From positions 64,001 through 128,000 of the forward strand of contig CAXXLZ010000002.1 of assembly GCA_963675595.2 (NCBI GenBank): a DNA stretch of 64,000 nucleotides, given 5' to 3'. A model generated the notes under the pieces. It did no database searches, was not told the origin of the DNA, and worked only from the letters and a program-made list of their open reading frames with translations. The position numbers were made by a program, and so were the translations under genes. Below, one piece after another: positions 47,761 through 57,780 of this stretch (position 1 is the stretch's first letter; every line of letters starts with the position of its first letter). This stretch comes from Thermodesulfobacteriota bacterium. Its GTDB lineage: Bacteria; Desulfobacterota; Desulfarculia; JACQYL01.

Positions 47761-50700
47761 TTGTCGCGAGCAGAAAGACACTTTCGAATGGTCGGTCCGC
47801 CTCCCCCGCCGAACAACCAAGATCGCGTTGCCGCAGCAGTGGAGGCCTCGGGCCCCACACGCGAACAACTCGTCGCCGAACTCGCGGAATTGAAGCGCCA
47901 AGTCTCGGAACACCAAGTCATAGATCGCCGTCGCAGGGAAACCGAAGAAGCTTTGCGGGAGAGTCAGCGCAAGCTTTTCACCCTCATGGGCAACCTGCCC
48001 GGCATGGTCTACCGATGCAGGAACGACAAAGATTGGACCATGGAGTTCGTGAGCGATGGTTGTCTGAACCTCACGGGCTACCCTCCCGACCATATTCTTT
48101 GGAACCGCAAGAAATCATACAACCAACTCATCCACCTCGAGGATCAGGACTACGTCTGGAATTGCATTCAGACCGCACTGAAGCGAAACGCACCATTTCG
48201 CCTTACTTACAGGATTACCAACAGCGGCGGCAACGTGCGATGGGTACTGGAGCGAGGCATCGGCATCTTCGATAAAGCGGGCCGTCTGATCGCCTTGGAG
48301 GGGTTCGTCACCGACGTCACCGAGCGCAAACTTTCCGAAGAAGCCCTTCGGAAGAGCGAAGAGAAGTACCGCATCATTACCGAAAACGCCACGGACATCA
48401 TCTGGATCGTGGATCTCTACGGTCGTTTCCAGGTGGTAAGCCCTTCTCTGGAACGCGTTCTGGGGTACACTCTCGAGGAAGCGGCCTCACTCACCTTAAG
48501 GCAGATCCTCACCCGAGACTCCTACAAACGCGCCATGATGGAAATCGAGAAACGGCTCTCTCACAGCTTCCTCACTCCCGGCCTGGACCAGGATCCGGCC
48601 GTTTTGGAACTGGAATATTTGAAAAAGGACGGATCCAAGGTCTGGTGTGAAGTCACCACCAAATTTCTTTCCGATTCCACCGGCAGAACGATGGGCATCA
48701 CGGGAATCACAAGAGATATCAGTCTCAGGAAGCAGGTCGAAGAAAACCTGATCCGTGAAAAAAACTTCTCGGAGACGGTCATCAACAGTCTCCCCGGCAT
48801 TTTTTACATTTTCGACGCCGACGGCAACCTGGTGCGCTGGAATGACAACCTGGAAACCGTAACGGACTACTCGTTCGATGAGATCTCCGCCATGACGGCC
48901 TTCGATCTTTTTTCACATGAAAATAAGCCCAAGGCCACCGAGCTCCTGTGGGACGCCTTCAGCAAGAACAAATTCTCCCTTGAGATCGACCTGCTGACCA
49001 AAAACGGAAGGAAAATTCCTTACTTCCTGACGGGGATTCGCAACCATATCGACGATTACAAATATATCCTCGGGGTCGGTATCGATATCACCAAGCGAAA
49101 ACGAACGGAAATCGCTCTGCGGGAAAGCGAGGAACGATACCGAAGCGTCTTCGAGAATACGGGTACGGCCACCATCATGGTCGAGGCGGACATGACGATT
49201 TCAATGGTGAATTCGGAGTGGGAGAAGCTCAGCGGATACACGGGTTCCGAGATCGAGCACAAGATGAAATGGACTCAATTCGCGGCTCCGGAAGACATAG
49301 ACCGCTTGAAGGACTATCACACCCGACGTCGGACCGGAGACGTGGGGGTGCCCATGGAGTTCGAGTTCCGATTCGTGAATCGAGCGGGAAACGTGAGGGA
49401 TGTGCTGAACAAAGTATTCATGGTTCCCGGAACAGAGAAGAGCATCTCGTCCATGCTGGACATCACTGAGCGAAAGCGGGTGGAAGAAAATTTCAGGCGG
49501 ACTTCGGAGCAGCTTTCCGTTCTCCTGGAATCCCTGCCCATTGTTCCATATACGTGCAGGGCCGACGGAGATTTCGCAACCACCTATGTGGGAAACACGG
49601 TCGTGGAAATGACGGGCTACACACCGGAACAGTTTCTTGAACGCCCCACTTTCTGGGCCGCTCACATCCATCCCGACGACCGCAAGAAGGTCTTCGCCGA
49701 GCTCCCCGAACTGACCAAGCACGGTAAATGGCAATACGAATACCGGTTTCGAACGGAGGACGGCCGGTACAAATGGTTCCGAGACATCCGACGAATGGTG
49801 GGGCTTCCCGATGGATCGATCAGCCACATTGTGGGTACTTGGCAGGATATCACCGAAGAGAAGAAATTGCGGCAGGAAGCCGAGTACCGCCTCCAGCAGG
49901 TAATTCAGGCGGATAAGCTCGCCTCCCTGGGGGAGGTGGTGGCCGGCGTGGCTCATGAAATCAACAATCCCAACAATTTCATTACTTCCAACATTCCTTT
50001 GATGGAGGAGACATGGGTGATGCTGGAGCCCATTCTGTGCCGGTACGCAACGGCGAATCCGGACTGGACTCGTGGTGGATTCGGGATGGCGGAGCTCTGC
50101 CAGGACATGCACGAAATGATCGAGGCCGTGAAGGCCGGATCCGACCGAATCAACCGGGTGGTGAACAATCTTAAGGACTTCGCCCGCGTGGATGAGGCGG
50201 GCCACCCGGAACCGGTGGATGTGAACGAAGTCATTGAAAAGACCTTCAACATTGTCGGAGCCCAGGTGCGCAAACTGGTCGGACGTATTGAGATCGACCT
50301 GAGTCCGAGTTTGCCTGAAATATCGGGGCATTTTCAAAAGCTCGAGCAGGTGGCGGCCAACCTTCTGGTCAACGGAGCCCAAGCGATCCCGGAGAAGTCC
50401 AAAGGGCTGCTCCGCATCACCACAAAATACCTTCCTCATCTCAACTCTGTGCTCCTGTCGGTGGAAGACAACGGCATCGGAATGGAACCCTCGGTCAGGG
50501 AACAGATATTCGAGCCTTTTTTCACCACCAAACGCACGACCGGCGGGACCGGTTTAGGCCTCTCGGTTTCCTACGGCTTGGTGCGGGAACACAGGGGGAT
50601 CATCGGGGTCTTGTCCAAGCCCGGAATCGGCACTCGATTCGCCGTGCTTTTGCCCGTGAACCAGGTAGAACCCTTGGACGTACGCCCTGTGATACTGTGC

Positions 50701-51054
50701 GTGGACGACGACGCCCGGTTCCTTGCCGAATTGAGATCCTACATGACGGGAGACAATCCCATTGCCGTCGAAACCCTTTCACGCCCCGACCTTGTCGTCG
50801 ATTATCTGCACGAGCATCCCGAAACGGATGTGGTGGTTTCCGAGATTATGACCGTCGGCGTATCCGGATGGAGTCTGTTGGAGCGCGTTAAACGTGAGTT
50901 CCCTCTGGTCTCCGTAATGCTTTACTCGGGAAACCCAATCTGTTTGAACAAACAGCCGGGAATCGCCGCGGATCCCGACCTGATTCTGCAGAAACCGTTT
51001 AAAATGAGAGAATTCATAGACGCTCTAACCACCCTGGATCGGCAGATATTATGA
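47761..51054 (+). CDS. Cytoplasmic multi-PAS hybrid histidine kinase
   Basis: About five PAS/PAC repeats (DVTERK, DISLRK, DITKRK, DITERK, DITEEK), AHEINNP, DNGIGM, FEPFFTTK, GTGLGL, degenerate C-terminal REC; exact start uncertain. Confidence 0.92.
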   Translation: MSRAERHFRMVGPPPPPNNQDRVAAAVEASGPTREQLVAELAELKRQVSEHQVIDRRRRETEEALRESQRKLFTLMGNLPGMVYRCRNDKDWTMEFVSDGCLNLTGYPPDHILWNRKKSYNQLIHLEDQDYVWNCIQTALKRNAPFRLTYRITNSGGNVRWVLERGIGIFDKAGRLIALEGFVTDVTERKLSEEALRKSEEKYRIITENATDIIWIVDLYGRFQVVSPSLERVLGYTLEEAASLTLRQILTRDSYKRAMMEIEKRLSHSFLTPGLDQDPAVLELEYLKKDGSKVWCEVTTKFLSDSTGRTMGITGITRDISLRKQVEENLIREKNFSETVINSLPGIFYIFDADGNLVRWNDNLETVTDYSFDEISAMTAFDLFSHENKPKATELLWDAFSKNKFSLEIDLLTKNGRKIPYFLTGIRNHIDDYKYILGVGIDITKRKRTEIALRESEERYRSVFENTGTATIMVEADMTISMVNSEWEKLSGYTGSEIEHKMKWTQFAAPEDIDRLKDYHTRRRTGDVGVPMEFEFRFVNRAGNVRDVLNKVFMVPGTEKSISSMLDITERKRVEENFRRTSEQLSVLLESLPIVPYTCRADGDFATTYVGNTVVEMTGYTPEQFLERPTFWAAHIHPDDRKKVFAELPELTKHGKWQYEYRFRTEDGRYKWFRDIRRMVGLPDGSISHIVGTWQDITEEKKLRQEAEYRLQQVIQADKLASLGEVVAGVAHEINNPNNFITSNIPLMEETWVMLEPILCRYATANPDWTRGGFGMAELCQDMHEMIEAVKAGSDRINRVVNNLKDFARVDEAGHPEPVDVNEVIEKTFNIVGAQVRKLVGRIEIDLSPSLPEISGHFQKLEQVAANLLVNGAQAIPEKSKGLLRITTKYLPHLNSVLLSVEDNGIGMEPSVREQIFEPFFTTKRTTGGTGLGLSVSYGLVREHRGIIGVLSKPGIGTRFAVLLPVNQVEPLDVRPVILCVDDDARFLAELRSYMTGDNPIAVETLSRPDLVVDYLHEHPETDVVVSEIMTVGVSGWSLLERVKREFPLVSVMLYSGNPICLNKQPGIAADPDLILQKPFKMREFIDALTTLDRQIL

Positions 51055-52421
51055 GCATACTCGTTGTCGACGACGAACAAGTGGCCCTCACATCCTACCG
51101 AAGACTCCTGAAGCGGCGGGGCTTTAAAGACGTGGATATCTGCGCCGACGGTAACGAAGCCATTGGGCTGATCAGAAACAACGACTACGACGTCGTTCTC
51201 TTGGACATTCTTATGCCGGGAGTGGATGGTCTCCAGGTTCTTGAAGCGACCAAACCCCACAAGCCGCGTACGGAATTCATAATTCTGACCGCGGTGGACG
51301 ACATCGCCACGGCGGTTAAGACGGTTCGACTGGGTGCTTACGATTATCTGGCCAAACCTCTGGATAACGAAAGACTGCTCCTATCCATCGAAAGAGCCTT
51401 CGAACGAAAAGGACTACGAGCGGCGCATACGGAAGCTTTTTCCAGGACCGCTCCCTCCAATGCTCTGGGACCCTTCCATGATATCGTCACCCAGTGTTCC
51501 AGGATCAAGGAACTGCTTTCCTTCGCCCAGGTGATGGCGAGAAGCGGCAATCCCATTCTCATCACGGGGGAATCGGGTACGGGCAAAGAACTTCTAGCGC
51601 GCGGAATCCACCGAGCCGGACCTTCTCCCGAAGGCCCCTTCGTCGCGGTGAACCTCTCGTCCATTCCGGACTCTCTCTTCGAAAGCCAGATTTTCGGTCA
51701 TGCCAAAGGAGCGTTTACGGGGGCGGACAGAGCCCACCCCGGCTTCTTCGAGCAGGCCGACGGAGGAACCCTGTTTCTGGACGAAATCGGTGAACTCCCC
51801 ATGAACCTTCAGGTCAAACTACTCCGAGTGCTCGAAGAAAAGACCGTCATAAGGCTTGGTGAAACCACCCCGATTTCCACGGACGTCCGCATCGTGTCCG
51901 CAACCAACCGGAACCTGGAAGAGGCCTGCCGCGTCGGCCGTTTCCGGCTGGACCTGATGTACAGACTGAATTCGGCACACATCTATCTTCCGCCTCTTCG
52001 AGAACGCCTCCCCGATATTCCGCTCCTTGCCGATCATTTCCTGGAGAAGTCCTGCGAACGTTTCGGCAAGGTTGTCACCGGGTTCACCCCCGAGGCTATG
52101 GATATCCTTCGAGGCAAGTCTTTTGAGGGAAACATTCGCGAACTCGGCCAACTCGTGGAAAAGGCGGTGCTCATGAGCCAGACAGGCAAGATCACTCCCG
52201 AGGATTTAGGTGAAAAATGCCCCCCGACCCATGACTTCCAACGACGGCTCTCCACCCTCAAAGAAAACACGGAGTCACACATCCTTTTCGTGCTGCGCAA
52301 CACGGGAGGGAATCGCAAAGAAACCGCCCGGATCCTGGATATCTCCTTGAGGCAGCTTCAGCGCAAACTGGCTGAAATGAGAGAAAAGGCCCCATGGAGC
52401 GAACTCATGGGCGACATTTAG
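51051..52421 (+). CDS. NtrC-family sigma54 response regulator
   Basis: [31 protein letters not shown]; ATGA overlap with the kinase. Confidence 0.95.
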   Translation: MSILVVDDEQVALTSYRRLLKRRGFKDVDICADGNEAIGLIRNNDYDVVLLDILMPGVDGLQVLEATKPHKPRTEFIILTAVDDIATAVKTVRLGAYDYLAKPLDNERLLLSIERAFERKGLRAAHTEAFSRTAPSNALGPFHDIVTQCSRIKELLSFAQVMARSGNPILITGESGTGKELLARGIHRAGPSPEGPFVAVNLSSIPDSLFESQIFGHAKGAFTGADRAHPGFFEQADGGTLFLDEIGELPMNLQVKLLRVLEEKTVIRLGETTPISTDVRIVSATNRNLEEACRVGRFRLDLMYRLNSAHIYLPPLRERLPDIPLLADHFLEKSCERFGKVVTGFTPEAMDILRGKSFEGNIRELGQLVEKAVLMSQTGKITPEDLGEKCPPTHDFQRRLSTLKENTESHILFVLRNTGGNRKETARILDISLRQLQRKLAEMREKAPWSELMGDI

Positions 52422-52711
52422 GTCGCCGCCGCATGTCAAAAATGACACCCATCCCTTTTCCTTAATAAATCAAGCAGGTTATTCGACCGACTCCCGCGCC
52501 CGCCCGCCCCTGTCGTGTTTGACCAAAAGCGCATGATCCTCAAAGCGCAGCGCGATCCCGCATCCATTCCCGGACGCGGGCCCTTCCTCATTTCTCTTTC
52601 GTCTGTGGACGTCATTTTCGTCACCCCCTCTCCTCCCACCCAACGTCGTTCGTTTCCCTGATTCATGCGTAATTTTAGATAGTTCCAACTATGTCACTCT
52701 CCGTCCTCTCC

Positions 52712-52728
52712 ACGGCACATCGCTTGCT
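52712..52728 (+). promoter_or_regulatory. sigma54 promoter of the methylamine operon
   Basis: ACGGCAC-ATCGC-TTGCT with exact GG/GC spacing, about 120 nt upstream of mttC. Confidence 0.8.
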
Positions 52729-52847
52729 CTTACAGTGATGATGGGATGCCGTCGATGGATTCGAATTTCAACCTTCAATTACTCGGGGAGGTGATTTCTC
52801 AGATTAGAGCCCCAAGTCCGAAAATCAGATGAAAGGAGGGTAACCTT

Positions 52848-53492
52848 TTGAGCAAAGAAGCATTGATTGAGAAGGCCAAACAGGTGGTCATCGAAGGCGA
52901 CGAAGACGGCGCCGTGGAATTGGCCAACAAGGTGATCGAAGAGGGCGTCAACCCCGTCGAAATCATCAACGAAGGGTTGACGCCGGGAATGACGACCATC
53001 GGCGACATGTTCGGGAATGAGGAAATTCCTCTACCCGGCGTGTTGGTCGCCGCGGAAGCGATGACCAAGGCCATCGAAATCCTGGAGCCTCACATTCCCA
53101 AGGACAGCTCTTCCAAGAAGATCGGTACGGTGGTCATTGGAACCATCGAAGGGGACATCCACGACATCGGTAAACGGATCGTGGCCACGATGATGCGCGT
53201 GTACGGCTTCGACGTGCACGACCTCGGCCGAGACGTACCCATCGGCGACTTCGTGAACACGGCCAAAGAAGTCGGGGCGGATATCGTGGGGTCTTCCACT
53301 CTGATGACCACCACCATGGCCGGTCAGAAGACTCTGGAGGAAGAGCTGAACAAAGCGGGGATCCGGGACAAGGTCAAGACCATGATCGGTGGAGCGGCGA
53401 CGACTCAGGAATGGGCCAACAAAATCGGCGCGGACTGTTACGCCGAAGACTCCACGGACGCCGTGAGAAAGGCCAAAGAGCTCATTAGTTAA
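52848..53492 (+). CDS. mttC: Trimethylamine corrinoid protein
   Basis: GDIHDIGK (DxHxxG), GSSTLMTTT, MIGGA; TTG start after AGGAGG; adjacent to mttB. Confidence 0.88.
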   Translation: MSKEALIEKAKQVVIEGDEDGAVELANKVIEEGVNPVEIINEGLTPGMTTIGDMFGNEEIPLPGVLVAAEAMTKAIEILEPHIPKDSSSKKIGTVVIGTIEGDIHDIGKRIVATMMRVYGFDVHDLGRDVPIGDFVNTAKEVGADIVGSSTLMTTTMAGQKTLEEELNKAGIRDKVKTMIGGAATTQEWANKIGADCYAEDSTDAVRKAKELIS

Positions 53493-53563
53493 GGGAGGTG
53501 CACAGGTGATCCCAAGGCGACCGGAAATGGAAACACCAGACTTAGCGGAAAGGAGGTGAAAGG

Positions 53564-55027
53564 ATGATTCGAGGACTGAAAGCCGGAGTCATGAATCTGG
53601 AAGGCTTCGGTTTGAACATGTTCAGTCGTGATCAATTAGATGAACTCCACTATGCAACCCTCGACGTCCTTCAGAACTACGGCGTCCAGGTGTATTGCGA
53701 CGAAGCCCTGGATATTTTCGACGGAGCCGGGGCCTTTGTCGACCGAAAGACCAATCAGGTGCGCATCCCCGCCAATTTGGTGGAAGATGCCATTATATCG
53801 GCACCCAGTACGATTCTGCTGGCGGGACGTACGCCGGAATACGACGTCACCATCCAGCCTCGTCGACTCGGTTTTACCTGTTTCGGCGCGGGCGTCATGG
53901 TTGTGGACCCCTTCAACGGCGAATTCCGGGAGTCCAACAAGACCGACGTGGGTCACACGGCATTGGCTTGCGACGCCATGGATAACGTGGACATTTATTC
54001 CAGCGCCGTGGTGGCCAGGGATATTTCGGGCCCCGCCACCGACCTTCACGAAGCGGAAGCGTTTCTAAGCAACACCATGAAACACTGTCAGCACATCGAT
54101 TTGACGGGCGGCCCGGGAGCCAAGAAGTTCTTTGAAATGGCCGCGGCCGTCGTCGGTGGGCTGGACAAGCTGCGGGAGCGGCCCTTGGTATCCGCTCTGG
54201 TTTGCCCTACGAGCCCCCTGCAGCTCCACACCCATACCGCCGAGATCATCATTGAGTGCGCACGGTACGGGGTGCCCGTGAACGTTCTTTCCATGGCCAT
54301 GTCGGGAGCCTCTTCCCCGGTCACTCTGGCGGGAACCCTGGTGACGCACAACGCGGAAGTGCTCAGCGGCATCGTGTTGCACCAGCTCACCGCCAAGGGA
54401 GCGCCGGTCATTTACGGCAGCTCGACCACGACCTTCGACATGAATTACACCACCGCTCCCGTTGGTTCGCCTGAATTGGGAATGATCAGCGCCGGCGTGG
54501 TGGAACTGGCTCGTTACTACATGCTTCCGAGCTACGTCGCGGGAACATAGGCTGACAGCAAACTGTCCGACGCTCAGGCCGGGCATGAAAAGACCATCAC
54601 CTCTTTGCTTCCGGCGTTGGCGGGCGCCAACTTGATCTACGGGATGGGAATGCTGGAGTTAGGAGTGACTTTCAGCTTCGCTCAACTCCTGATCGATAAC
54701 GAAATCGCCGGGATGGTCAAAAGAGTGGTCCAGGGCATTCATATATCGGACGCGACCCTCGGGGTCGAGCTGATCAAAAAGGTCGGAGCCGGGAAGGACT
54801 TTCTCGCTGAAAAACACACCAGAGAGTGGATGGGATGCGAGCAGTCCAAGGTGAAGTTGATCGACCGCAGAATGCGAGGAAACTGGACGCGAAGAGGGGC
54901 CAAGGATCTGGGGCAGGCCGCCACGGAAAAGGCCAGGGAGCTTCTGGAAACCCATAAGGTGCCGGCGCTTCCGGACAACGTGCTGTCCACGTTTAGATCC
55001 ATCATTGAGGACGTTGAGAACGAATAA
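53564..55027 (+). CDS. mttB: Pyrrolysine-containing trimethylamine methyltransferase MttB (487 aa, Pyl329 at TAG 54548-54550)
   Basis: Frame continues through TAG: ...[41 protein letters not shown], the canonical MttB Pyl context; merges ORFs 53564..54550 and 54605..55027. Confidence 0.95.
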
Positions 55028-55174
55028 CGTCCTTTCGGCATAGACACCGATCGGAGGCAAAGCGGAGAACGGAACCCTTAACTCGATGAAACCTTTCGTC
55101 CGGATTGCAGAGTCTCTCCGGGTGAAGCGAATTCGACGAGAACCGGGGCCGTACCGCGTGCCGACGTCACTTAC

Positions 55175-55217
55175 GGGCTTGGGAATCGGGCCGAAGGCCC
55201 GTTTCCCGGTCCTTTTC
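55175..55217 (+). terminator. Terminator-like hairpin between mttB and mttP
   Basis: gggaatcgggcc-gaa-ggcccgtttccc followed by ggtcc-tttt. Confidence 0.5.
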
Positions 55218-55443
55218 ACCCGGTCCGGTTTCGGGTGCCGGGTTTCGCAGTCTCCCTTACGTCCACCGTCCGGCATATGCTGCGAGCCCGAAAAACAACG
55301 AGGTTCAAACCATATCCGAGTCGTTGGCTCGGTACGGGGCTTCAAGCTTCTCGGAGTAACCAACGATGCCACGCGTGTGATCGATACGACCGTCGGATGG
55401 GTGTACCGCGCGATCTAGACAAAACGAGTTGGAGGAGGACTGA

Positions 55444-56511
55444 ATGCAGACATTAGAACAAGCGAGAGTTCAGTACCGGAACCGTTCGGTGAAATGGGGG
55501 TTCATCTGGGCGCTCTGGTGCGCCATCCTCTGGGGCGCTTGGTACGTCCCCGGCACCGCGGTTTGGTACGAAGCTCCCTTCGTCGACATGGCCTTCGAAA
55601 CCCCGGGAGAAACTTTGCTCGCGGCGGCGATCATCACCACGCTGAATGCGGTCGCCGTCCTGCTTTTCCTGTTCATTTGGGTGGGGACCCTCGGGAAGCT
55701 GTCCGATTATGGACGAACCATACGGCAAATGAAGAAGATATCCTTCTGGTATTTCTTCGCCGCGATTTTCGGAGGGCCGTGCGCCATTTACGGATCTTAC
55801 CTGGCCATCGCCTATGTAGGGCCCGTTTTCGCGGCCATCGCCGCTCTCCTTTATCCCGTAGTCGGGGCCACCATCGCCCGCCTCTGGTATAATGAAAAAA
55901 TAACGACTCGGGCCGCTCTTGGGATATTCATCATTATCTCCGGCGGCGTGGTCGTCTACGGTCCGGGAATTTTCGGTGAGATGTCCGGTGCCTCGGACGC
56001 CTCCTGGATCGGCTACCTTGGGGGAGCCATGGCGGCTCTCGGCTGGGGGATCGAAGGAGCCATCGCGGGTCGTGCCCTGGACGTTACTGATCCCGACGTG
56101 GGCATCACCGTCCGATTCACCGCGGAAACCGCTTATTGGGTGTTCATTATCCTTCCGCTGGTCGCTCTGTTCAGCGACGCGCCCGTGTGGTCTCTCGTGG
56201 GACGGACGCTGACTTCCATGGGAGTGGTGTGGCTCCTGCTGGCCGGCATCACCTTCGCTTTCTGTTACGTGTCCTGGTACAAATCCTTCCCCCTCATCGG
56301 CGTGGGTCGAGGCCAGGCCATCGCGGACCTTTACGGCGTCTTCGCCGTGTTATGGCTCCTTATCTTCACTCTGGACGTTCCCCAATGGAATTTCGTGATC
56401 GGATTATTGCTCACGATCTTCGGCGGTTTCGTCATGTACACCGAAAAATCCGAAGTCATCGAAGTCGTCCGCGCCGTGGGCAAGGGCGATGAAACTGCGG
56501 AGGCATGCTGA
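55444..56511 (+). CDS. mttP: DMT/EamA-family methylamine permease (MttP-like)
   Basis: About 10 TM segments; WALWCAILWGAWYVPG, AIFGGP, ALLYPVVG, WYKSFPLIGVGRGQ as recalled for methanogen MttP. Confidence 0.8.
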   Translation: MQTLEQARVQYRNRSVKWGFIWALWCAILWGAWYVPGTAVWYEAPFVDMAFETPGETLLAAAIITTLNAVAVLLFLFIWVGTLGKLSDYGRTIRQMKKISFWYFFAAIFGGPCAIYGSYLAIAYVGPVFAAIAALLYPVVGATIARLWYNEKITTRAALGIFIIISGGVVVYGPGIFGEMSGASDASWIGYLGGAMAALGWGIEGAIAGRALDVTDPDVGITVRFTAETAYWVFIILPLVALFSDAPVWSLVGRTLTSMGVVWLLLAGITFAFCYVSWYKSFPLIGVGRGQAIADLYGVFAVLWLLIFTLDVPQWNFVIGLLLTIFGGFVMYTEKSEVIEVVRAVGKGDETAEAC

Positions 56512-56801
56512 TGGGACAGGTTCATATGAAAGGTTTCATCCTCCAGCTTCTGGCCAAGAACCCCGACGGATTGTGGGACCACGAGATATCCAAGGAAACT
56601 CTGGCGCAATATGATTGCACCGGAGACTATTGGAAGTCCACGGTTCGTGTAACCCTGACGGACCTTTATTCCGGCGGACTTGTGGAAGAGCTTGAGGATA
56701 GACTCGACCAGGGAGAACATTTTGGACCGGGCAAGGTATTGGTGAAATTCAGACTAAGCGACTTCGGTCGTTCCCGTATGCAGGATACCGGTCTCTTGTA
56801 A
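56505..56801 (+). CDS. Small soluble hypothetical protein, possibly winged-helix fold
   Basis: Overlaps the permease stop; ILQLLAKNPDGLWDHEI...FRLSDFG. Confidence 0.7.
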   Translation: MLMGQVHMKGFILQLLAKNPDGLWDHEISKETLAQYDCTGDYWKSTVRVTLTDLYSGGLVEELEDRLDQGEHFGPGKVLVKFRLSDFGRSRMQDTGLL

Positions 56802-56833
56802 CGTCACCATGATATCATCGGAGGGAATGCATC

Positions 56834-56944
56834 ATGTCGTCTTTTTGGGGTTATACCGGAGCGGACATTTTAGCAATCGTCCTCATCACGGCTTTGAGCC
56901 TGGTGTGCCTGTACCAAGCGCGCACCTTTGTAAAGAAATTATAG
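56834..56944 (+). CDS. 36-aa single-TM microprotein (missed by ORF track)
   Basis: SD GGAGGG; MSSFWGYTGADILAIVLITALSLVCLYQARTFVKKL*. Confidence 0.6.
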   Translation: MSSFWGYTGADILAIVLITALSLVCLYQARTFVKKL

Positions 56945-57116
56945 TCGGGAACCGTTGGGCTGAGTAGAACTTTATAACCTGTCGGCATTATTCGACATAC
57001 CGCCCATCATTGTCAATTGTGGAGACCCATCGGGTCCTAATGTCCCATTGAACCTTTCCCGAACTCTGGTTTGATGATATAAACATGCATAAATAGAAGG
57101 GAGGTGAAAGCAAGAC

Positions 57117-57764
57117 ATGGATAAGAAAGAATGGTTCGAGAAAGCGGCCAAGACCGTGCTTGACGCGGATCAGGAAGCAGCCGTTAAGGTGGCTGAGGAG
57201 GCCGTTGCAGCCGGTATCAACCCCTTGGAAATGCTTAACCAGGGTTTTTCGGAAGGGATCATGCGTATTGGTGATCTTTTCGACCGAGGAGAAGTTTTTC
57301 TCCCCGAACTGATCATCGCTTCCGAAGCAATGGTCGCCGCCGTCAAGGTGCTGGAAGCGGCGTTGCCCGCTGAAGAACACAAGGAGAAGCTGGGCAAAGT
57401 CGTCATCGGAAGCATCGAAGGAGACGTTCACGACATCGGCAAAGGAATCATGGTCACCATGCTTCGCGTGTACGGGTTCGAGGTCTACGATCTCGGAAGA
57501 GACGTTCCCATCAAGTCCTTCGTTGACAAGGCGAAGGAGGTGGACGCGGACTTTGTGGGTTCTTCGGCCTTGATGACCACCACACAGGTGGGCCAGAAAG
57601 CGCTCGAGGCAGCACTGAGTGAAGCGGGACTCCGCGACAAGGTAAAAACCATGGTGGGCGGTGCTGTGGCTACCCAGCACTGGGCCAACAAAATCGGCGC
57701 CGATCTTTACGCCGAAACCGCGACGGAAGCCGTTATGAAGCTCAAGGAGCTTGCAGGCGGCTGA
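57117..57764 (+). CDS. mtbC: Dimethylamine corrinoid protein
   Basis: [22 protein letters not shown]; adjacent to mtbB. Confidence 0.88.
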   Translation: MDKKEWFEKAAKTVLDADQEAAVKVAEEAVAAGINPLEMLNQGFSEGIMRIGDLFDRGEVFLPELIIASEAMVAAVKVLEAALPAEEHKEKLGKVVIGSIEGDVHDIGKGIMVTMLRVYGFEVYDLGRDVPIKSFVDKAKEVDADFVGSSALMTTTQVGQKALEAALSEAGLRDKVKTMVGGAVATQHWANKIGADLYAETATEAVMKLKELAGG

Positions 57765-57780
57765 GAAGGGAGGTGAGTCC

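Noticed and set aside
52468-52481. IHF site AATCAAGCAGGTTA upstream of the sigma54 promoter
   Set aside because: Spacing is one base off the WATCAANNNNTTR consensus; too weak to call.
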